Below, one piece after another: positions 56,737 to 64,000 of a stretch of 64,000 nt of DNA. Below the pieces are notes generated by a model. That model was given only the letters and a program-made list of their open reading frames with translations. It was not told the DNA's origin and searched no databases. Position numbers and translations under genes: made by a program. Every line of letters starts with the position of its first letter. The first letter of the stretch is position 1. Source of the DNA: Candidatus Omnitrophota bacterium (GTDB lineage Bacteria > Omnitrophota > Omnitrophia > Omnitrophales > Aquincolibacteriaceae); NCBI GenBank assembly GCA_035368605.1, contig DAOSLF010000005.1:54520-118519 (forward strand), in the 5' to 3' direction.

Positions 56737-57743
56737 GAGGATTTCGTGGCGCCACTTTTTCTGGCGGCGCGCGGCGAGCCGAAAAGATTCGAGGATCTTT
56801 CCTTTTCCTTCTTCCTGACCACCGCGATCTCCGCGCCTTCTTTCAGGCCGTCCGTGATCTCGGTCCTGACGCCGTCGGTTTCCCCCGTCTTGACGGCCAC
56901 CGGTTCCAGTTTGCCTCCGAAAACTTTTTTGTAAACCGCAAAGACCGCACCGGAGGGGTTCGGGATGTTCTTCGGCCAGGCCACGACCGCCTCCGAGGGG
57001 ACCGTAAGAACATTTTTGCAGTCCTTAACGATAAAGGTAACGTTCGCGGTCATCCCGCTCCGAAAAGATTCGGACAACGCTTCCGGGGCCACATCGATCG
57101 CATAGACATTGACGTTGTTTTCGAGCGTGCTTTCGAACGCGATATGGTCGACCGTACCGGGGACAAGCTCGTCCCGGTAGGCGTCCAGCGTGATCTCCAC
57201 CGGCTGAGCGAGCCGGATGAACGCGAGATCGGTCTCGTCCACCAGGGCCTGAACGATCAGGCGGTCGGAAAGGACCACCACCGGATCCGCCGTCGTGACC
57301 GTTTGACCGGGTTCCACCGAGCGAACAATGATCGTCCCGTCGAGCGGGGCAAGGAGCGGCGCGGGCAGATAGGCTTCTTCCCACCGTTTGACAACTTCGT
57401 CGCCCCTGGAACGCGCGGCATCGAGCAGAGCCGCCCTCTCGACCGAGCTCATGCGGGCCAGCACCTGCCCTTTCTTCACTTCGTCCCCTTCGCGCACCAG
57501 CACTTCCTCGATCCGTCCCGCGATCGGCGCCTTGACCTCGACGCGATTATAGGGCTGGACCGTCCCTGTCGAACTGACCGTCACGGACAGGTCTCCGCGA
57601 ACCACCTGGGCGGTCCGGACAATCTGGAGATCCCCCTTCGCCGCCCCGCAGGAGGCAAAAATCCTCATGAGGAGGAACACTCCGATCGCGACCAGGGTGA
57701 ACCTGGCCGGGCGCGAAAGTTTATGGGGTAACGATTTCATCAT
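56733..57743 (-). CDS. macA: Efflux periplasmic adaptor (membrane fusion protein, MacA-like); lipoprotein
   Basis: Start at MMKSLPHKLSRPARFTLVAIGVFLLMRIFASC (lipobox FASC) with a GGAGG SD. It has HlyD-family biotinyl-lipoyl and beta-barrel segments. It overlaps macB (ATGA) and the upstream OMP gene by about 20 nt. Confidence 0.85.
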   Translation of the reverse strand: MMKSLPHKLSRPARFTLVAIGVFLLMRIFASCGAAKGDLQIVRTAQVVRGDLSVTVSSTGTVQPYNRVEVKAPIAGRIEEVLVREGDEVKKGQVLARMSSVERAALLDAARSRGDEVVKRWEEAYLPAPLLAPLDGTIIVRSVEPGQTVTTADPVVVLSDRLIVQALVDETDLAFIRLAQPVEITLDAYRDELVPGTVDHIAFESTLENNVNVYAIDVAPEALSESFRSGMTANVTFIVKDCKNVLTVPSEAVVAWPKNIPNPSGAVFAVYKKVFGGKLEPVAVKTGETDGVRTEITDGLKEGAEIAVVRKKEKERSSNLFGSPRAARKSGATKSS

Positions 57744-59061
57744 AAGCATCCTCCAGGGTGGCGCCCTGTGTTTTTTCCCAATTGGCCTGCTGAGTAAAAA
57801 CATCGGCCAGGCTTTCGACATAATCTTTTTCGGCGTTCGCATTCTCCTGTTCCGCGGTATCAAAATCCGTGAAATTGACGAGCCCGCTCGTGTATTCCGC
57901 CCGGATGATCTCGGCGCGCTTCTGCGCGGCCTCAAGGAATTTCTTTTTCACGCTGACCGCGTCAACCGCGTCCGCGTACGGTACCCAGGCGGCCGACAGG
58001 GCGGCGATGGCCTCGTCACGGGCACTTTTCGCGGCGCTTTCGGCGGCATCGTAATCCGCTTTCGCCTTCCGGATCGCCGCGACGTTCTTCCCGCCCTCAA
58101 AGAACGGGACCGACACACGAACGCCAAGGGAGCTCTGGTCTTTCAAGCGGGACGCGCGATCGCCTGTATAACCGTACTCATAGGTCCCGTCGACCCGGGG
58201 CCACACGGCCGATTGGGCCGAAACGACATTCGCCCTGGACGCTTCGGCCGTTTTAAGGAGCCTCATCACCGCGGGCGTCTTTTCGGCCAACGCGACATAA
58301 TCCGCCTCCGACAGCGTGACGCCGCCAAGCATTTTCTCCAGACCATCCGTGATCCGGAGCGGAAGCAAAAAATCCCCGCCGCTTTCGCGCGCAAGACGGA
58401 GCGATTCTTTTTCAAGCAGACGCTCCGTCTGCTTGACGTCAAAGCCGGCCTGATCGGCGATCGCCTCCGCCCGGAGGGCCGATCCCACGTTCTCGCGGCC
58501 GGCCTCGTAGCGGAGACGAACCATTTCCGCGTTTTGCTTGCGTCTCTCGAGGATCTGCCGGTTCGTCTTCAAAAGCCTTTCCAGACGGATCACGCTTATA
58601 TAGGAAGACCGCAGGCGGTAACGGACGTCCGCGCTGGTCTCGTCGTAGGCCATACGGGCCGCTTCAAGTTCCTTGCGGGCCTTGATCCAGTCTCCCGTCG
58701 TCCCGAACCCGTTAAAAAGGTTCTGACTCGCGTTGATATCGAGACTGAGCGTGTCCGCATGGGCCCCGGGCATGGTCTTTCGCGAAACATTCTTTTGCAT
58801 GCTCCCTTCCACCGAGGGAAGAAAATCTCCTAGCGCGATGTCGCGATTACGGGCGGCCGATGTCACGCGGGAGCGGGCTCCCCGGAGGTCGGGATTCCGG
58901 CTAAGGGTCTGCCGGACGAGACCCTCCCAGGTCAATGTTTCGGGCTCGGCGCGACGCTCGATCTTCGCCTGGGGCAGGCTGACGGTCCGGCAGCCGCCCA
59001 GAAAAAAAACGGCGGTTAACGCCGTTATCGCGAACTTCCATCTCGCCGTGTTCTGCCGCAT
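57721..59061 (-). CDS. TolC/NodT-family outer-membrane efflux lipoprotein
   Basis: Start at MRQNTARWKFAITALTAVFFLGGC (lipobox LGGC), followed by two OEP repeats. It is the first gene of the OMP-MFP-MacB-MFS operon. Confidence 0.85.
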   Translation of the reverse strand: MRQNTARWKFAITALTAVFFLGGCRTVSLPQAKIERRAEPETLTWEGLVRQTLSRNPDLRGARSRVTSAARNRDIALGDFLPSVEGSMQKNVSRKTMPGAHADTLSLDINASQNLFNGFGTTGDWIKARKELEAARMAYDETSADVRYRLRSSYISVIRLERLLKTNRQILERRKQNAEMVRLRYEAGRENVGSALRAEAIADQAGFDVKQTERLLEKESLRLARESGGDFLLPLRITDGLEKMLGGVTLSEADYVALAEKTPAVMRLLKTAEASRANVVSAQSAVWPRVDGTYEYGYTGDRASRLKDQSSLGVRVSVPFFEGGKNVAAIRKAKADYDAAESAAKSARDEAIAALSAAWVPYADAVDAVSVKKKFLEAAQKRAEIIRAEYTSGLVNFTDFDTAEQENANAEKDYVESLADVFTQQANWEKTQGATLEDAYDEIVTP

Positions 59062-59237
59062 GCTTCGTCTTGTCCTTATGTTGGTGCCTTCAGGTTTGAC
59101 CGCTAAAACGCCGACAAAGTTCCGCTTGTCTGAAATTGTGGTATCGTTCGGGGAGAGGCCGGAAGGCGCTGTTCTCATCGCGGGGGACGCGATCCGGGTC
59201 CGGGACCTTTTGTCCGTGAAATTCCGGAAGGTGTATC

Positions 59238-60746
59238 CTAAACGGCCTTTTCACCCGCCGTTTTTTTATTTTCAACCGCATTTAGAATAGCCTTGACCCG
59301 TTCGAGGTCCGGAGGGCTTACGAGGGCAAGAACAACATCACCTTCCTTCAGCGCCGTATCCCCTTTCGCAACGATGAACTTGTTGTTCCGTCCGACCAGC
59401 ACCGCGAGACTGCCTTTCGGAAAATCGAGATCATAGAGCTTCTTTCCGGCCACAGTCCCCGAATACGGCACCATGAACTCGAGAAGATCCGCCTCCATCG
59501 CTTCGGTCTTTTCGAATTCGATCGGAGAGACCACGCGGCGCCTCAAAGGGGTATCCAGCTTCAGCCATTTGGAAACGACCGGGATCGAGGTCCCCTGGAT
59601 CAGGACCGACGCGAAAACGACGAAGAACACCACGTTAAAGATCGTGCCCGCCTGCGGGACCCCCGCCATAAAAGGGAACGTCGCGAGGATGATCGGCACC
59701 GAACCGCGAAGGCCGACCCACGCGATCATGGTTTTTTTGCGGAAACTGAGCTTGAAGGGAAGCAGGCACAAGAACACGCTGACCGGTCGCGCCACCACCA
59801 TCAGCAAAAGAGTCAGCAACAAACCCGCTCCCATCAAAGGAATGATGTGGGACGGGAACACCAGCATTCCCAGCGTGACAAACATCGTAATCTGCATCAA
59901 CCAGGCCAGTCCCCCCTGGAACCGGAGAAGCGTCCTCTTGTTGGGGAACCTGGAGCGGCCGAGCATGAGGCCGGCGAGGTAGACCGCGAGGATGCCGTTC
60001 CCTTTCAGGAACACGGCCGTCACGTAGGTCAAAAGAACGAGTGCGATCATGACCACGGGGTAAAGCCCTTCATATTCCAGCTCTACGCGGCGAAGAAGAT
60101 AAACGATCAGTCTCGCCATCAGGAGCCCGACAAGCGCGCCGACGCCCATGTCCAGGAAGAACATCGGGATGAGGGAGACAAGGCTCATTTCCTTCGTGCT
60201 CATGAGACCGATGAATCCCGTCGTCAAAAAAACGGCCATGGGGTCATTGCTCCCCGATTCCAGCTCCAGCAGGGGCTTCAGTGGCTGTTTCAGGCTGATG
60301 CGCCGGGAGCGCAGGATACTGAAAACCGCCGCCGCATCCGTGGAAGAAACGATGGACCCGAGAAGCATGCCCTCCAGGAACGAGAACTTCAGGATGAGCA
60401 TCGCGAAATACCCCGTGATGACCGCGGTCAAAAGAACGCCGATCGTCGAAAGGAGGGCGGCATGCCAAAGGACCGGCCGGACCTCTTCCCAATCGGTGTC
60501 GAGACCGCCGTGAAAAATGATAAAAATAAGGGCGATGATACCGATCGATTTCGCGAGCGGCGCGTTGTCAAAATAGATCTTCCCGGGTCCTTCGGAACCG
60601 GCCAGCATGCCGATCGCGAGGAAGAGGAGCAGGACCGGGATCGCGAACCGGTCCGAGACCTTGCTCGAGAAAACTCCCATCAGCAGGAGGAGAGACACGG
60701 CCAGCAGGACTTGCTCGATCGTAATAGACCAGGAAGCATCAAACAT
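59238..60746 (-). CDS. Cation:proton antiporter (CPA1, NhaP2-type) with a C-terminal TrkA-C/RCK_C domain
   Basis: Start at MFDASWSITIEQVLLAVSLL. Multi-TM Na_H_Exchanger core (ELESGSNDPMAV) and a C-terminal KLYDLDFPKGSLAVLVGRNNKFIVAKGDTALKEGDVVLALV. Confidence 0.85.
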   Translation of the reverse strand: MFDASWSITIEQVLLAVSLLLLMGVFSSKVSDRFAIPVLLLFLAIGMLAGSEGPGKIYFDNAPLAKSIGIIALIFIIFHGGLDTDWEEVRPVLWHAALLSTIGVLLTAVITGYFAMLILKFSFLEGMLLGSIVSSTDAAAVFSILRSRRISLKQPLKPLLELESGSNDPMAVFLTTGFIGLMSTKEMSLVSLIPMFFLDMGVGALVGLLMARLIVYLLRRVELEYEGLYPVVMIALVLLTYVTAVFLKGNGILAVYLAGLMLGRSRFPNKRTLLRFQGGLAWLMQITMFVTLGMLVFPSHIIPLMGAGLLLTLLLMVVARPVSVFLCLLPFKLSFRKKTMIAWVGLRGSVPIILATFPFMAGVPQAGTIFNVVFFVVFASVLIQGTSIPVVSKWLKLDTPLRRRVVSPIEFEKTEAMEADLLEFMVPYSGTVAGKKLYDLDFPKGSLAVLVGRNNKFIVAKGDTALKEGDVVLALVSPPDLERVKAILNAVENKKTAGEKAV

Positions 60747-60975
60747 CTTTTCCCTCCGGGGACTTAAACGCCTTTCCGGTATTCTATTCGTAAAACCATC
60801 TTCGCGCAAAATCTAAAAACAGCGGGACGGCGAAGCGTTAATGCGATCAACTTTCCCGCGCGTGCGTTTTCGAACTTATCCCTCACGGAGCCATCGTAAA
60901 GGGTTTGCGGTGATCCTCGCCGCTCTGATATTCGCGGGCGGCTCGATCGTCACGGACAGGGAACGCGGAAACTAT

Positions 60976-61134
60976 TCAGAAACCATGCACGACCTTCAAG
61001 TTCTGTCCCGTAAATTTCAGCCGGGTGACACTGCCGGAATCCGTGTCCGTGCCCTTCAGGGTCGTGGGACATCCGGAAAAAAGAAGGCCCCATAGCAGAA
61101 TGGCCAGGCTCAGCATTTCGCAAACGCTTTTCAT
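60976..61134 (-). CDS. Small hypothetical lipoprotein (52 aa), unlisted
   Basis: GGAGCC SD, then the ATG and MKSVCEMLSLAILLWGLLFSGCPTTLKGTDTDSGSVTRLKFTGQNLKVVHGF (lipobox LFSGC). It lies immediately downstream of the PP2C sensor gene. Confidence 0.4.
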   Translation of the reverse strand: MKSVCEMLSLAILLWGLLFSGCPTTLKGTDTDSGSVTRLKFTGQNLKVVHGF

Positions 61135-61212
61135 GATAAGGGCTCCTTGACAGGCGGAACATCATGCCGGGCGGTATCGGCATCTTCCCTGTTTCCCCGA
61201 AGCCCGCCAGCG

Positions 61213-63150
61213 TCAGAGGAGCCGTCTCAGTCCGAGGATCGTCAGATCATCGGCGGGTTTCTGCTGCTGGAAATCCATCACATTCCGGAAGACCCGTTCG
61301 CAAAGGTCCGTGATGGATTCCGTCGCGTGTCCTTCGAGAAGCGCCCGGAAACGGTCTTCATTCAGGAATTCCCCGGCGGGGGTCCTCGCTTCCGGGAACC
61401 CGTCCGTGTAGAGAATAAGCGTCTCGCCCGGTGCGAGCATTTCGTGAGCGTCCTCATATTCAAGACCTTCCGCGATCCCGAGGATGGTTCCGGTCACCTT
61501 TCCGAATTTCCGGACCCCGCCGGAGCGGTTTATGCAGTAGGGCTGATGATGACCGGCATTCACATACCAGACCTTTCCGCTCGTGAGATCGTAGTATCCC
61601 AAAAACAGAGTGACGAACATCCCCCGGTCATTATTCTCGAAAAGCAGCCGGTTCGCTTCGTTCAACACGTCCGACGGAGGCTTCCCAACCGACGCGATAT
61701 TGCGAAGCAGCGTGCGCGTGATCACCATGAACATCGCGGCGGGAACCCCTTTGCCGGAAACATCCGCGATCATGAAGGCCAGCGTTCTTTTATCAATGAA
61801 AAAGAAATCGAAAAAATCCCCCGCGACGAACCGCGCCGGGCCGTTCTTGGCATAAAGGTCGAATTCCTTTTGCTCGGGGAACGGCGGAAAGATCTTTGGA
61901 AGAAGCGACTCCTGGATATCCCGCGCGATCTGCAGCTCGCTTTCCACCTGCTGCCGTTTTGCCGTCTCGCGCGTCAGGGCTTCCATGTGTTCCTTGAGAC
62001 CCCGGACCATTTTTTGGAAGGAGTCCGCGAGGTCTCCGATCTCATCCGCCTCAAAGTCACTTTTGAACGGGACATCGAAGCGGCCGCCTCCGATTTCCTT
62101 GGCCAGGGCCGCGAACTCCCGCACCGGACGCGTGATGCGCCGGGTAAGCCCCAGCAAAAGGCCAAGGATCAGAAGAAGCCCCGCGCCGAGGATGCCCCCG
62201 ACCTTCGCGAGCTGGACCCAGACCGGCCCCATCACGGTCGATTCGGGGACCGTCGCCGCGAAAGACCATCCCGTGCTCGGGATCGGGGCGTGGAACAGGA
62301 ATATATTCCCCCCGCCCTTGAAATCCCTGATCAGGGAGGCGCCTTTCCTGCCGGCGATCATGGTCTTCCCGAGGCTCTTCAGCTCCGGACGCCCCACCTT
62401 CTCCGCGTTGGAGAAGATCGTCTCGTTCATGATGTAATCCTTTATGGGATGAAAGATATACCGCCCCTGGCGGCTCACGATGACAAAGGCGTCGGGGGCC
62501 ACCAGGCCATCTTCGCGGATCAGCTGTCTGAGGTCCTCAACCCGGATATCAACCGTCACGACACCGAGGAACTTCTTGTCGCCTGAAAAAAACGGCATGG
62601 AATACGTGCACATAATCACATCGCCCGCGCCCTTGTCAAAATAAGGCTCCGTCCAGACCGCCTTCCCGCTCTCGCGGGCCAGACGGTACCAGTCCGCCTG
62701 CCGGTAATCATAAGCGTCGCGGGCGATATCGAGCTCCCCGAGATCTTCCGGCCCGTCCCTGCCCGCCACGCGATGCACGTAAGGGCAGAACAGCTCCTTG
62801 TCACGCCGGAACTCCCGCTCTTCAAAGGCTGCCGCGGACCCGTAGACAAAAGAGTTCCGGGAGACATGCTGTCTGAGCAGGCGGTAAACTTCACGACCGT
62901 CGGTGGTCCGGTCAATCGTGGGAAGAGTCAGCGCGGCGGCCTTCGTCATCCGGGCGGCGACCTGGAAGGTCGTATCGAAGCGCTCCGCGTAATTTTCCGC
63001 GACCTTCGCCATAATGGCATGGACATCCGCGTAGGCGTCCTTGCGGAGATCGTAATAACCGAGACCAAAAACAAGCAGGTGGACCAGCAGGAGCGGCGTG
63101 CCGATCGCGAAGAAAAGCTTCCAGCGAATGGAACAATATCCCCGAACCAT
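61213..63150 (-). CDS. Membrane sensor Ser/Thr phosphatase: extracytoplasmic Cache-like domain, then a TM segment, a HAMP domain and a PP2C (SpoIIE/RsbU family) domain
   Basis: N-terminal TM, a ~280-aa periplasmic region and a second TM (VGGILGAGLLLILGLLLGL). HAMP segment TRRITRPVREFAALAKEIGGGRF. PP2C motifs ARDIQESLLP, FVAGDFFDFF, ADVSGKGVPAAMFM and YTDGFPEA. Confidence 0.85.
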   Translation of the reverse strand: MVRGYCSIRWKLFFAIGTPLLLVHLLVFGLGYYDLRKDAYADVHAIMAKVAENYAERFDTTFQVAARMTKAAALTLPTIDRTTDGREVYRLLRQHVSRNSFVYGSAAAFEEREFRRDKELFCPYVHRVAGRDGPEDLGELDIARDAYDYRQADWYRLARESGKAVWTEPYFDKGAGDVIMCTYSMPFFSGDKKFLGVVTVDIRVEDLRQLIREDGLVAPDAFVIVSRQGRYIFHPIKDYIMNETIFSNAEKVGRPELKSLGKTMIAGRKGASLIRDFKGGGNIFLFHAPIPSTGWSFAATVPESTVMGPVWVQLAKVGGILGAGLLLILGLLLGLTRRITRPVREFAALAKEIGGGRFDVPFKSDFEADEIGDLADSFQKMVRGLKEHMEALTRETAKRQQVESELQIARDIQESLLPKIFPPFPEQKEFDLYAKNGPARFVAGDFFDFFFIDKRTLAFMIADVSGKGVPAAMFMVITRTLLRNIASVGKPPSDVLNEANRLLFENNDRGMFVTLFLGYYDLTSGKVWYVNAGHHQPYCINRSGGVRKFGKVTGTILGIAEGLEYEDAHEMLAPGETLILYTDGFPEARTPAGEFLNEDRFRALLEGHATESITDLCERVFRNVMDFQQQKPADDLTILGLRRLL

Positions 63151-63307
63151 AAAGTAGGCTTCCCGTCAGGTTAGATGCGGGCGTATTCTAAACCGCGGAG
63201 GGCAGAAACACCATACCCGCCTTCAAATTGCATGACAGACAAAAATCCCCCCAAAACTTTTTTCGGGCCCGGGAAAACCGGGGGGCGGTGACGGACGCGG
63301 CAGGACT

Positions 63308-64000
63308 TTACCAGGGGCCCAGGTCGAAACTCGAGGACTTGCTAACGACCTGACCGGGCTTCCGGTTCAGGGTCTCGACCAGCTTGACGGACCACTCGTC
63401 GATCCTTTTTTCGGCAAAACCGTACCAGTTGAACTGGTTGACATTCACGAGCGTGAACGGTTCCGACTTCTTGTCCGCGAACTTCGCGAGAATCTCGCCC
63501 GTCTTCGCGTCCCTGAGCCGGATCTCAATGGACACGTAACTCTTGTTGGTCTGGTTCACGGCCTTGGCAACCCACCCGTAGAGCGGCACATAACCGGCCG
63601 CCTTCAGAAAAATCTTGTTCGGGGTCAGTTCGGTAAGCGCCATTTCCACTCTGAGCGTATCGGGGTTCGGCTGAAGGCTGTAGACGATCCGGAACCGTTT
63701 TTCCGGATCGGAGATGAACGCCTGCTCGAAAACGGCGCGGGCGTAGTTCGCGATTTTTGAAACATCCTTCCTGATGTCGCCGCTCCGTCCGAGCTCCTGC
63801 CAGACATCCGACTCCAGGAGGTGCTTCGTGTCCACCGGCAGGATCACGACTTTCCGATATTTCGTCCATGGGACCCCCGGTTTGATCCAGGCCGTCTCAA
63901 AGGGAAGGTCACCGCGCAGCGTCATGTTCCGCCGGTCCATGAAACCACTCTGCGGGGCTTCCGCGGCGAACAACGGGATCGGAACCGCGAGCGCCGCGGC
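63308..64000 (-). CDS. Secreted hypothetical protein (possibly a DUF3313-like periplasmic protein); the N-terminus runs off the window end
   Basis: The ORF continues past 64000: the frame upstream of the listed Met reads ...AAALAVPIPLFAAEAPQSGF..., the end of a signal peptide. There is no catalytic motif. Confidence 0.5.
   Translation of the reverse strand, partial: AAALAVPIPLFAAEAPQSGFMDRRNMTLRGDLPFETAWIKPGVPWTKYRKVVILPVDTKHLLESDVWQELGRSGDIRKDVSKIANYARAVFEQAFISDPEKRFRIVYSLQPNPDTLRVEMALTELTPNKIFLKAAGYVPLYGWVAKAVNQTNKSYVSIEIRLRDAKTGEILAKFADKKSEPFTLVNVNQFNWYGFAEKRIDEWSVKLVETLNRKPGQVVSKSSSFDLGPW

Overview
This is a GC-rich (about 62-65%) bacterial chromosomal segment, almost certainly from a diderm given the BamA-like, TolC-like, RND and MacAB genes. 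About 80% of genes are on the minus strand, and most are housekeeping genes in well-conserved cassettes.

In order, the window contains:
- rpsF-ssb-rpsR-rplI-dnaB, then glmU-prs-rplY(ctc)-pth.
- Two ABC sugar permeases, tRNA-Gln(UUG), ispE, a previously unlisted 32-aa bS22-like basic protein, hisG and an mgtC-family gene.
- tsaD, then gatC-gatA-[inserted GIY-YIG/T5orf172 gene]-gatB, then a nitroreductase.
- thiS-thiG-thiH-thiF and a secreted Tyr-rich tandem-repeat protein.
- An alpha/beta hydrolase, a DUF2892 mini-protein and an OMP-RND pair with no adaptor gene.
- An SH3b-NlpC/P60 peptidase, glgA, a GT2, rnd, tsaB, alr, birA (catalytic core only) and a low-GC coaX.
- CIRCE-groEL1-groES-groEL2, a NapH-like CX3CP membrane protein, and NrdR boxes upstream of class II nrdJ.
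- A roughly 2288-aa membrane protein with a GH94-like C-terminal domain, divergent from a GlgM-type GT4.
- An MFS transporter plus a tolC-like/macA/macB efflux operon in which macB carries an in-frame TAG.
- A CPA1 antiporter, a small lipoprotein, a Cache-HAMP-PP2C sensor phosphatase and a secreted hypothetical protein that runs off the window end.

There is no CRISPR array, transposase, integrase or rRNA.

The most unusual content, in my order of interest:
1. The giant membrane/GH94 protein.
2. Two dispersed short-repeat families. One is a perfect 21-bp palindrome that also sits in-frame as a tandem pair inside gatA. The other embeds the TAG stop codons of gatB and the RND gene and supplies the tsaD start.
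3. The AT-rich GIY-YIG-like gene inserted between gatA and gatB.
4. The macB nonsense/readthrough site.
5. The groEL-groES-groEL locus, which carries a 56-nt gene-conversion tract.

Coordinate caveat: coordinates I derived by hand (tRNA, repeats, regulatory sites, small ORFs, internal start codons) may be off by 1-2 nt. At a few places my counting disagreed by 1 nt with the supplied ORF track, and I trusted the track.
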